From Chrysochromulina tobinii (lineage: Eukaryota): a DNA stretch of 20,000 nt. Positions 1-8,496 of the stretch are shown here, piece after piece (position 1 is the first letter of the stretch; each line of letters starts with the position of its first letter). Both the position numbers and the translations under genes were made by a program. The DNA lies in contig JWZX01003001.1 of assembly GCA_001275005.1 (NCBI GenBank), forward strand, positions 47,188 to 67,187, given 5' to 3'. The notes under the pieces are model-generated. The model ran no database searches and was not told where the DNA came from. It worked only from the letters and a program-made list of their open reading frames with translations.

Positions 1-141
1 CACGAGGAGGGCGAGCTTCCGAGTCTCGATCACCGCAATCACGAGGAGGGCGAGCTTCCGAGTCTCGATCACCGCAATCACGAGGAGGGCGAGCTTCCGA
101 GTCTCGATAACCGCAATCACGAGGGCGAGCTTCCGAGTCTC
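1..141. repeat. 39-bp tandem repeat (3 full copies + 1 partial), truncated by window edge
   Basis: Unit cacgaggagggcgagcttccgagtctcgatcaccgcaat at 1-39, 40-78 and 79-117 (one substitution), then a partial copy with a 3-bp deletion at 118-141. Confidence 0.95.
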
Positions 142-255
142 ATTAACGGTCTTGAGAGGGAGAGAGCCTTTTTGGATGACGGCCCCGTGTTGGCTGCTCT
201 CTGTGCACCTCCTGCTCCTGCATGATGTGACGTCGACGCGTGACGGAAATCTCAC

Positions 256-319
256 GCACTCAAACACGTTCGCCTCGCACGGTTCTTACTTCCGCTTGCC
301 GTGGCGTACTGTCTACTGA
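256..319. repeat. Dispersed ~65-bp element, copy A (diverged direct repeat of 5024-5092)
   Basis: Blocks gcactca / gttcgcc / gccgtggcgtac / tgtctactga are shared in the same order with 5024-5092. Confidence 0.75.
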
Positions 320-364
320 TCCGATCTGGGGACGATGACGTTGACGAATTACTGTGCGCGGCGG

Positions 365-426
365 CCACTGCACCTGCCGCTTGCGCCGCTGCACCGGCCG
401 CTTGCGCCGCTGCACGGCCTGCCGCG
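365..426. repeat. 21-bp tandem repeat, ~3 copies
   Basis: ccactgcacctgccgcttgcg / ccgctgcaccggccgcttgcg / ccgctgcacggcctgccgcg. Confidence 0.85.
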
Positions 427-950
427 TACAGCTCCGCTCAGAGGAGGAAGGACGAAGCACGCAGACGTTGACCGAACGCGTTCCATTCCGCGTGCAGTAC
501 AATTCGATTGGAGAGAACCTTTAAGCGCTCCTAACCCCCCGCCATCGTTCTGAATTCTGTATAGAACTGTAACATACGATAATCGATATTCAGCAATTCA
601 TATACACTCGTCGACTCGACTCGTCGACACACGCGCCGTTTCCCAGAGACATCACGCCGATAGCGCCGCGATAAGGCATAAGCCTCCCGCGGCATTCTAA
701 ACATTCAATCCCTTAACGAGCTCACGTCCGAGAATCACCGCACGGAGCCACCGCGCGCACGACCGCTCTGTTATGACTTATGTTTTGCTCATGTGCTCTC
801 TTTTGTGCCGTGATCACCTGCACCATCTGGGCCAGCGTCGGCGAGCCTCCACCCTTGCTCCACGGCACAGATGCAGGCATATAGGCTCCCGGGGGCCCCC
901 ATGGTATGGCGCCATCCGCGCAACTCCTTCCCTTCCCACTCAGACCGGAC

Positions 951-1169
951 CTGCGCCACCACGCGAGGACGCCACACGCACGAGCGGCCGTGAGAGTCGC
1001 GGCAGCGCGGGCTCACCACGCCGGCGCCGGGCCGCACGCAGGGGGCGGGCCGCACGCGCGGTGGCACGGCGCGGCCGCCTCGCCGGGCGGAGGGTGGGGG
1101 GGCGCGCGGGAGGGCGGAGGGCGCGCGCGCGGCGAGGGTCGAGCTGAGTTCGATTCTCGGAGGGCTTAC
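951..1169 (-). other. Putative 219-nt spliceosomal intron, probably in the 3' UTR of the TIR gene; related to intron 1391-1470
   Basis: Minus strand reads GTAAGC donor at 1169, CTCAC branch-like motif, and GGCGCAG acceptor ending at 951. The first 41 nt align with the 5' end of intron 1391-1470. Confidence 0.55.
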
Positions 1170-1355
1170 GGCACCGGCACTCGAGGAACCCCTGCACATC
1201 TGCGGCAATCACTCCACCTCCCCTCCCTGCATCTCGGCTGGAATGCGGCTCCACGTCGGCTGGTGTAGGTGCCCGCGGCGCGCCCTTGGTATAGTGGCTG
1301 CTATCTGGGGTCGTCGCGGCATGGTGGGCGGCACCACGGTTATCAGCCAAGCCCT

Positions 1356-4300
1356 TCAACGAAGATGCCCCCCATCCCAGTCAAAATTACCTGCGAATGG
1401 GAGAGGGAAGAGTGGTTAACACGAAGTGGCAAGGGTCAACCTGGGTTCGAATTCTTGGAGGGGGACTTACAACAACGCCAATGACGTGGTTCAAGGTAAT
1501 AATACTGGCCATCAGTCGATTGATAACGGAGAGGAAGGGAAGGAAAACCAGCCGCCCTGCCCTCTTCGTAGGTGAAGCCGGCCTCATAGCATTCCCTCCC
1601 AGCCTTGAAACCAGCCGCCCTCGCGTCCTTGCAGGTCGACAGCAAGTCAGCATCCTTCGCGTCCTTGCAGGTGAATCCAGCCTCCCTCGCGTCCTTGCAG
1701 GTCGACAGCAAGCCAGCCTCCTTCGCGTCCTTGCAGGTGAACCCAGCCTCCCTCGCCTCCTTGCAGGTCGACAGCATGCCAGCCTCCCTCGCGTCCTTGC
1801 AGGTGAACCCAGCCCTTCTCGCGTCCCAGCAATCGAACCCAGCCTCCTTCGCGTCCCAGCAGGTGAACCCAGCCTCCTTCGCGTCCTTACAGGTCCACAG
1901 CATGCCAGCGTCCTTCGCGTCCTTGCAGGTGAACCCAGCCTCCCTCGCGTCCTTGCAGGTGAACCCAGCCGCCCTCGCGTCCTTGCAGGTGAACCCAGCC
2001 CTTCTCGCTTCCTCGCAGGTGAACCCAGCCCTTCTCGCGTCCCAGCAATCGAACCCAGCCCTTCTCGCGTCCCAGCAATCGAACCCAGCCTCCTTCGCGT
2101 CCTTGCAGGTGAACCAAGCCGCCTTCGCGTCCTTGCAGGTGAACCCAGCCTCCTTTGCGTCCTTGCAGGTGAACCCAGCCGCCTTCGCGTCCCAGCAGGT
2201 GAACCCAGCCTCCTTCGCGTTCTTGCAGGTGAACCCAGCCTCCTTCGCGTCCTTGCAGGTGAACCCAGCCTCCTTCGCGTTCTTGCAGGTGAACCCAGCC
2301 TCCGTCGCGTCCTTGCAGGTGAACCCAGCCTCCTTCAGCGCGGTGAACCCAGCCGCCTTCGCGTCCTTGCAGGTGAACCCAGCCTCCTTCGCGTCCTTGC
2401 AGGTGAACCCAGCCGCCCTCGCGTCCTTGCAGGTGAACCCAGCCTCCTTTGCGTCCTTGCAGGTGAACCCAGCCTCCCTCGCGTCCTTGCAGGTCGACAG
2501 CATGCCAGCCGCCCTCGCGTCCTTGCATGCATAGCCCGCCGCCATGGCCACCTTCAGCGCGATCTGGAGCTGCGCCGCCGCGTACCCAGCATTGGCAGCG
2601 TCCGCCTTGGTAAAGCCGCCGCGCAGGATCTCAGACAACACGTACCCTGCCTCCATGACGGCCTCCAGCTGAAAGCCCGCCTCCTTGAGGCCCTCGACAT
2701 AGTTAGCTCGCTTGACCTCCTCCAAAGTATAGCCCGCGCTCTTGGCCTCGGCGCATGTCAGCCCCGCCGCCTTGACCTCGGCACACGTGTAGCACGCCCT
2801 GATCTCAAACCCGGCGGTCTTAGCCTCACGTGCCGTATAGCCAGCTTGCTGGACCTCCTCCAAAGTATAGCCCGCTCTCTTGGCCTCGGCGCTTGTCAGC
2901 CCCGCCGCCTTGACCTCGGCGCACATGTAGCCCGACTTGATCTCGTACCCGGCGGCCTTGGCCTCACGTGCTGTATAGCCAGCTCGCTTGACGTCTTCCA
3001 CCGTGTAGCCCGCGGTCTTCGCCTCGGCGCATGTGATCCCCACCGCCTTGAGCCCCTCGATGTAACCTTTGGCTCGTAGCTGCTTCAGCGTCAGGCCTGA
3101 GTCCAGCGCATCCTTCAGGGCCTTCTCCGCTCTCGCCGCCGCCACCGCCCTCTCCTTCTCCATTCTCTTCGCGTACGCCTCCTCCGACTCGGAGCATAGC
3201 CCAAAGCAATAGCTCTGCATCTCGGCGGGCGTGGGCTCGGAGGCAGGGGATTTCCCCGTAAGACTCTCGCGCTCCATGGCCAAGGGTGCGACCGGCGGCT
3301 GCGGCGTGGGCTTGGACACCGCCTCCGGGCTGAGGACCCGCACCTCGTCCCACCTGTACCCAGCGGTCCACGCGGCTCCGTCGGGCTGCACCATCAGCGG
3401 CTCCACGGACATCACCGTGCCGACTTGCCAGCTCTGGCCGCGGTCGCGGCACTCGACGCGTTCCTTGAGTGTAAAGCGTAGCGGCGGGGGCTGCGGCGGG
3501 GGCTTGGTTGGGCTCGCCAGGGGCTGCGGCGTGCCCTCGGCCGCAGCATTCCAGTTGTGGCCCGTGAGGCTGGGCTTCGCCGCCGAGGCAGCCTTCTCGC
3601 CGGCCGCGCTCGTCGGGAACTCCCACTGCGTCTCGCGCGTCGCGGTCTTATAGTAGTATGTCTTTCCGCTCGTCGGATCCGTCACCGAGCCCCAACCCTG
3701 TGGCAGCTGCTCGGAGGCAGCGGCGTTCTCCGGCACACCCTCGCGCAAGGGGTTGACCCAGAACAGGCTCCCGACCTTGTCGCGTGCAGAGTTGATGAAG
3801 CGCGAAATCCGGTTGTCTAAAATCGGGCTGTCCGCGATGCGCAGATCCTTGTCAGAGCACATCTCTTGCGCCCCGCCAGAGCCACGCTCTCCGAGCTCCA
3901 CCGTGTACGAGTCCTTGGCGGCATCGTACGTCGTCACATAGCCTGAGACTTCCTCTCCGTGACCTCGATTCACGTACACGCGGCTGCCGAGGGGGAAGCG
4001 CGTCCCATCTGACGGCTCACCCGAGGACTTGGGGGGAGGCGGCGCCGGTGCCGCCGTGGGTGGCGTTGGCGCATCCACTGGCGTCGGAAGATACTGGTCA
4101 ATCTGCGCCATGATGTCTTTCAGGGCATTGGCTCGGTTGAGCACCGTGCCGGGGTTGGGTATGTTGTTGAGCTTGTTAAGTTTGGACTGTACGCGAAATT
4201 TCATCATCTCCCACTCCTGGTCGTCGAGGTTCGTCCACTGGTCCTCTTTGGCGGGCAGCTTGTCCTCAAAGCGCACAGGTAGGAGAGCGATCTTGTTCTC

Positions 4301-4708
4301 GATGGCCGTGCTGATCTCTTTCAGGCACGGCCTAGACTTGTACAAGGCCGCGGTGAGGACGACGATGAGCACCTTTGGCTTCTCACGCTTCCCGTTCTCG
4401 CCAGTCAGGCGCAGCATGAAGGTCTCCCAGTCCACGCCGGGGGGCACTTGCAGCCCGGAGAAGCACTGCAGGCCGCGCTCGTGGAGAAAGTCACTCATCC
4501 CCTTGGCGTACACCACCCCGGGCCCAGAGCCCTCGCAGTCGCCAGGCCGGCGGCCGGACGCATACGACAGGACAAGGGAGGGGTAGAAATCTTCGTACTT
4601 GGTGCCCCTCGGAAGATGCGTGCACACTTCGCGCTTACATTCCTCCAGCTGCTCCAGTGTGATCGCATCTGGCACGACGAAGCGGCCCTCGTGTAGAACC
4701 AGCTCCAT
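1356..4708 (-). CDS. TIR-domain / SH3-Tudor-like / WW / 10-aa tandem repeat protein, ~1090 aa; model join(complement 1471..4708, 1356..1390)
   Basis: First ATG of the long ORF is at 4708 (MELVL). TIR-like motifs at ~4090-4585: LVLSYASG, FLHERGLQCF, VLIVVLTAALYKSRPCLKEISTA, LLPVRFE. WW domain LPQGWGSVTDPTSGKTYYYKTATRETQWEFP at 3614-3706. Small beta-barrel-like segments at ~3835-4000 and ~3330-3480. Repeats at ~1545-3100. Splicing 1391-1470 gives C-terminus HWRCCNFDWDGGHLR*; unspliced, the stop is at 1436. Confidence 0.85.
1391..1470 (-). other. 80-nt intron near the 3' end of the TIR gene
   Basis: Perfect GTAAGT donor, TTAAC branch-like motif, pyrimidine tract cactcttccctctcccatt and CGCAG acceptor. 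Confidence 0.75.
1545..2540 (-). repeat. Coding 30-bp minisatellite, ~32 units encoding AGFTCKDAKE variants
   Basis: Plus-strand unit tccttcgcgtccttgcaggtgaacccagcc. Variant units of 24, 33 and 36 bp all keep the reading frame. Confidence 0.95.
2541..3100 (-). repeat. Older, diverged 10-aa repeat block (AGYTxxExKx) with a 46-aa higher-order period
   Basis: AGYTVEDVKR AGYTAREAKA AGYEIK ... AGYTLEEVQQ AGYTAREAKT AGFEIR ... AGYTLEEVKR; about 19 units. Confidence 0.85.
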
Positions 4709-5023
4709 GAGACAGCCTTCGCGCGTCCACGTCCAGCGAACGCTGCCTTCTTCCTTGGGGACCCCGCTCTTGCCACGAGACAGCCTTCGCTCACGACCTA
4801 AGCTGCTCTTCGATGCCGCGAGAGTGCACAGGGCCTCTCGGAGGCGTGCGTCCACAAAGTTTTTCTTTCGGTTTCGTCCCAAAATTTCGTTACTTTTACT
4901 CAAAGTGAGGAGCCCCGTCCAACCAACCCACACTCCTTGATCATCGCGTTCAGCTGCCTGCGCAAGCGAGCGCTGCGGCGGGCGATAGGTCCCGAGGGAC
5001 GCCCACCCGATCGCGCAAGGTAT

Positions 5024-5092
5024 GCACTCACATATACGGTTCGCCGGCGCGCGCTTCTTTCACTCGCCGTGGCGTACGGTACTGTCTACTGA
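5024..5092. repeat. Dispersed ~65-bp element, copy B, upstream of the TIR gene
   Basis: Colinear similarity to 256-319, including gccgtggcgtac(ggtac)tgtctactga. Confidence 0.75.
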
Positions 5093-5365
5093 GATACTGT
5101 ACCGTAGCGGGTCGAAACGCGCACAATATTATCAAAGATTCGTCGAACGTATGCGGCAGAAATCCAATTGTGCAATTGACGTCCCGGTGACAGAGCGAGA
5201 GACGTCGCTCGTACGAACCGGAACATACAGGACAAACTACACACAAGCGAAGTTGCAACTTGGATCGGATTAGGGCCATCGATAAGGGACGGGAGGCTCG
5301 CTGTTCCACGACGCGGCGAAAACGTGCAGCACACCTCCTCACTAGCTCTTGCCGCTTTCTCTCTC

Positions 5366-8244
5366 TCACTTGCCTTCCGCCTCGACGATGGCCTTCATCG
5401 TGTCGCCTGGCAGCGAGCACCAGTAGCATTGCTGGCCGCCGGTGCCCGAGCGTGTGCGCACGAGGTGGTGATCGAGGAACTCGGCGATGTGTTTCTTGAG
5501 TGCGACCTGCACGACGCGGCGATGATTGGGAATCCGAGGCGAGCAGAGGCGATCAGAGGCGATCAGAGGACATCATAGGCCATCCGAGGCCATCAGAAGC
5601 AGTTAGGTGGCAGGTAGGTGGCAGTTAGGTGGCAGTGCACACCTCATTGCTCGTGGCGTACACGGCGCGTGAGCGCTTATAGAGCTCCTCGAAGGAAAGT
5701 CCGGGCGCCTTCGGGTGTTCGAGCTGGAACGTGAGCAGGAGCGTGAACACCTTGCGGGCGTTACTCGTGAGCGCATCGAGCACAATCTGGGCCGATCTCC
5801 CCTCGGTGCCTACTGCTGAGTCGAAGAGGCTGCCTAGCAGCTCGTGGATCGAGTCGACCGCCTCATGAGCGTAGGAGAGGCCGGTCGGTGCCTCGACCCA
5901 CGCCCAGTTGAACGCGCGCGCCTTGCGGGAGTCCCAGAGCGACGCCGCGTACCGATGGGAGCATGAGGCGATCACATGCACCTGAGGGGAGGGAGAGGCG
6001 CCGTGGTGAGCACTGGCATGCACTTGCATGCACTTGCATGATGGGAGCATGCGATCACATGCACCTGTGGGATCGAGGCGATAGATGCATGCAGGATGCA
6101 CAGGTGCATGCATCCGAGTGCATGCATGCAGAGCACAGCGGGATCGAGGCGATGGGAGCATGAGGCGATCACGTGCACCTGTGGGATCGAGGCGATGGAT
6201 GCCAGGAGAGCTTGCGCTTCGTCACTTCGCATTGCTGGGCCATCGATGGAGTGCACCACTATGTAGACGTGCGACGGCAGTGTACTCGCCGCCGCGCGAC
6301 GGTGCGCGAGCGAGCCCGCGGCCGCGGCCGCCGCGACGCGTGCACCGCCCACCCCACCCGCGCCGCCGTACCCGCCGTACTCGACAAGGTCGAAGGCGTT
6401 CGGCGACACGAGATGGCTCGGTGCCGGAGCACTGCGCAGCCGGCGGCAGACCCCCAGCCGTTGGGCAGGGGAAGGCTCCAAGTACTCGTCCATTCGCCTC
6501 GACCCGGACGGAGCGCCGTCTCGAGCGCCCGCCGAGCCCGGCGCCTGCTCACGGCTCGCGAGGACGCGCAGGTGCTCACGACGACGCTTGCGCGAGTCGG
6601 GCCCATCGGCGACGCGTCCGGTGATCGACTCCCCCGGGCCTGCGTCCTCAGAGGCGATCAGAGGCGATCAGAGGCGATCAGAGGCGATCAGAGGCGATCA
6701 GAGGCGATCAGAGGCGATCAGAGGCAATCAGAGGCAATCAGAGGCGATCAGAGGCAATCAGAGGCGATCAGAGGCGATCAGAGACGATAAGAGGCGATCA
6801 GAGGCGATCAGAGGCGATCAGAGGCGATCAGAGACGATCACTCAGCAGCGATCACCCAGCGGCACTCAGATGCAATCAGCGGCTGCCCACCTGAGTAATG
6901 CTCCGAGTCCGCGAGCTTACGAAGTTGACGAAGCACGCGCCGCTCGCGTACCGACGGTGAAGGCGCGACAGATTCCACACGGACGGCCGCCTCCGCCGCC
7001 GCCTCGGCCGCCGCCTCGGCCTCCGCCTCCGCCTCCGCCTCCACCTCGGCGTCCACCTCGCTGAGATCAAAGCGAGCACCGGGCGCCGCCATGGGCGCCG
7101 CCGCTCCCGCCGCCGCCGCCGTGGGCGCCGCAGGAGTGACCGAAGCGAATGTGGCGCCGGGTGCGGCGCCGTTGTGAGCGCCCGCGGCCGAGGCGGGCGC
7201 CGAGGCGGGCGCCTCCTTCGCGGTAGCTGTGAGTGACAAGGTGCGCATCCCAACGTTCGCAGGGGTGGCGACTGGCGGCGCGGCCATCTCCTCGGCCATA
7301 TTCTCCGCCATATTCTCCGCCATCTCCTCCGCCATCTCCTCCGCCATCTCCTCCGCCATCTTATCGGCGGTTACGCCTCGGATGCCGTTGAGAGCTGGAG
7401 CATTCACATTCACACCCGCGCCGCCTCCTGTGCTCGCTTCGGCGGCGCCGGCGCCTGCCCCCGACGCGGAGCCGTCTGCCCCGGCGCTCGCCACACCGGC
7501 TGGAGCGTCTGCCCGAGCCTCGGCTGCGCCGAGCGGCGTCGGAGGAACATAAGCGAGTGCGGGCGGCAGATTTGGGCGGCCGGCGGCGGTCGGGAGGAGG
7601 CGCAGAAAGTGCTGCAGCCCCACGCCCTGCGGCGCGGCTGGCGCAGCCGGCGGCGCGGCGGCCGTCCGGAAGGCCTGCCGCACCTGATTGCACAGCGCGC
7701 GCGTCGTACCCGTCGGCGTGGCAGGAGTCTTGAGCACCTGAGTCAGGAGCAAGACCAGCAGCTCGCGCAGTCGTGCGCCGCTCGTGTAGCCCTGGAGCAC
7801 AAGCACCGGCGTCTCCGGACCGTCGAGGCCGGACGCAAAGTCCTCGAGCAGCTCCTTTTTCGAGCCGAAACCGTGCAGCAAGAGCGAGAATCCGCCGTGC
7901 AGCATCGCAAGCCACTCCGGGTAGCTGCGCGCATGGCGTTCGCGCGTCTCCGCCGGGAGCGAGGAGGGGCGGCGCAGCAGTTCGTGCACCGCACTTGCCA
8001 GCTCCTGCGGGCCGCCGCCGGGAAGATCGCACAGGCGCTTTTTATTGGCCGCCAGCCGCTGAGCCCTCCGTGGGTTGCGCTGCGCCGCAAAGTAGGCATT
8101 CGCCACCCGTACCGCATTAGTGCCGTCGTCCTGCTCGTCGTCCTCGTCGTCTTCGTCGGCTTCGTCCAGCAGGTCCTCGTCGGCGTCGTCCTCGTCGTCA
8201 CGCTCTTCCACCTCGTCGGCTCGCTCCTCATCGTCGTCGGACAT
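5366..8244 (-). CDS. ORC2: Origin recognition complex subunit 2, 764 aa; exons 6891..8244, 6179..6639, 5643..5981, 5366..5506
   Basis: ORC2 motifs: EWLAMLHGGFSLLLHGFGSKKELLEDF, VLVLQGY, VYIVVHSIDGPAMR, VHVIASCSH..ASLWD..FNWAW, and winged-helix VLDALTSNARKVFTLL..GLSFEELY..LKKHIAEFLDHHLV. Three GT-AG introns join the exons in frame (2295 nt total). Confidence 0.93.
5507..5642 (-). other. ORC2 intron 3 (136 nt) with cacctaactgc and ctctgat(c/g)gc repeats
   Basis: GAG|GTGTGC...GTGCAG|GTC; splicing joins TSNE to VALKKHIAEFLDH. Confidence 0.88.
5982..6178 (-). other. ORC2 intron 2 (197 nt) containing copies of its own exon junction
   Basis: CAG|GTGCAC...CCCCTCAG|GTGCAT; splicing joins SIPQ to VHVIASCSHRYAASLWD. 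Confidence 0.85.
6640..6890 (-). other. ORC2 intron 1 (251 nt)
   Basis: CAG|GTGGGC...ACGCAG|GCC (phase 1); removes the stop at 6838 and restores the frame into MDEYLEPS. Confidence 0.85.
6648..6840. repeat. 10-bp tandem repeat gatcagaggc, ~19 copies, in ORC2 intron 1
   Basis: Directly visible; the same unit recurs at ~5545-5597 in intron 3. Confidence 0.97.
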
Positions 8245-8246
8245 GG

Positions 8247-8254
8247 TTTCGCGC
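8247..8254 (+). promoter_or_regulatory. Candidate E2F site TTTCGCGC just upstream of the ORC2 ATG, in the divergent ORC2 / EF-hand gene spacer
   Basis: Exact match to the TTTSSCGC consensus; ORC genes are E2F targets in plants and animals. A chance match is possible in GC-rich DNA. Confidence 0.3.
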
Positions 8255-8496
8255 GCCCGCGGTCAGCGAGTTTCGTCGAAGAGGGCAAACGACTGGGCTA
8301 ACAAATGTTCTGAAAAGACGACTGGTGACCCTTGTGAAGCCCGCGGGGGCCCGGATGGGGTATACGCACGCTTCTCGTGGTAGTCGTAGGACCTCCTGGT
8401 CTGAAGGCGCCTGCCTTTTTTGGGATACCGGCACACGTGTCACCACGCCACGCTGCGAGCGCGTGCGCCGCGCATCTCCCACACAACCCGGCGCAC

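Noticed and set aside
1084..1140. G-run cluster as a functional G-quadruplex
   Set aside because: Expected in very GC-rich DNA; it is the C-rich interior of the putative minus-strand intron.
727..1161. 10-bp inverted repeat tccgagaatc (727-736) / gattctcgga (1152-1161) as transposon TIRs
   Set aside because: Too short, no target-site duplication seen, and no transposase.
1100..1170. Functional tRNA gene around the T-arm-like hairpin, including a permuted form using aagccct at 1349
   Set aside because: No D-arm, anticodon arm or properly placed acceptor 5' strand could be folded; kept only as a tRNA-like remnant.
773..1359. Short overlapping ORFs of 120-139 aa
   Set aside because: Arg/Ala/Gly-rich with no motifs; more simply the spliced 3' UTR or intergenic DNA downstream of the TIR gene.
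1605..2534. 30-bp array as a CRISPR array
   Set aside because: Units are contiguous with no unique spacers, lie in frame within a eukaryotic CDS, and no cas genes are present.
1397..3079. Plus-strand 560 aa and 309 aa ORFs (VLAGEPS / SLQVNPA repeats)
   Set aside because: Antisense shadows of the stop-poor coding minisatellite; the minus frame carries the recognisable domains.
4709..4933. N-terminal 75-aa extension of the TIR ORF
   Set aside because: Starts at a non-ATG codon and has UTR/promoter-like AT-rich composition; the first ATG is at 4708.
6588..7064. ORFs with RGDQRRSEAI repeats (and MALDGTRWHS repeats at 18649-19025)
   Set aside because: Translations of intronic 10-bp repeats, not proteins.
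8377..8496. GTG start of the 1911 aa ORF
   Set aside because: Eukaryotic gene; the first in-frame ATG is at 8497.
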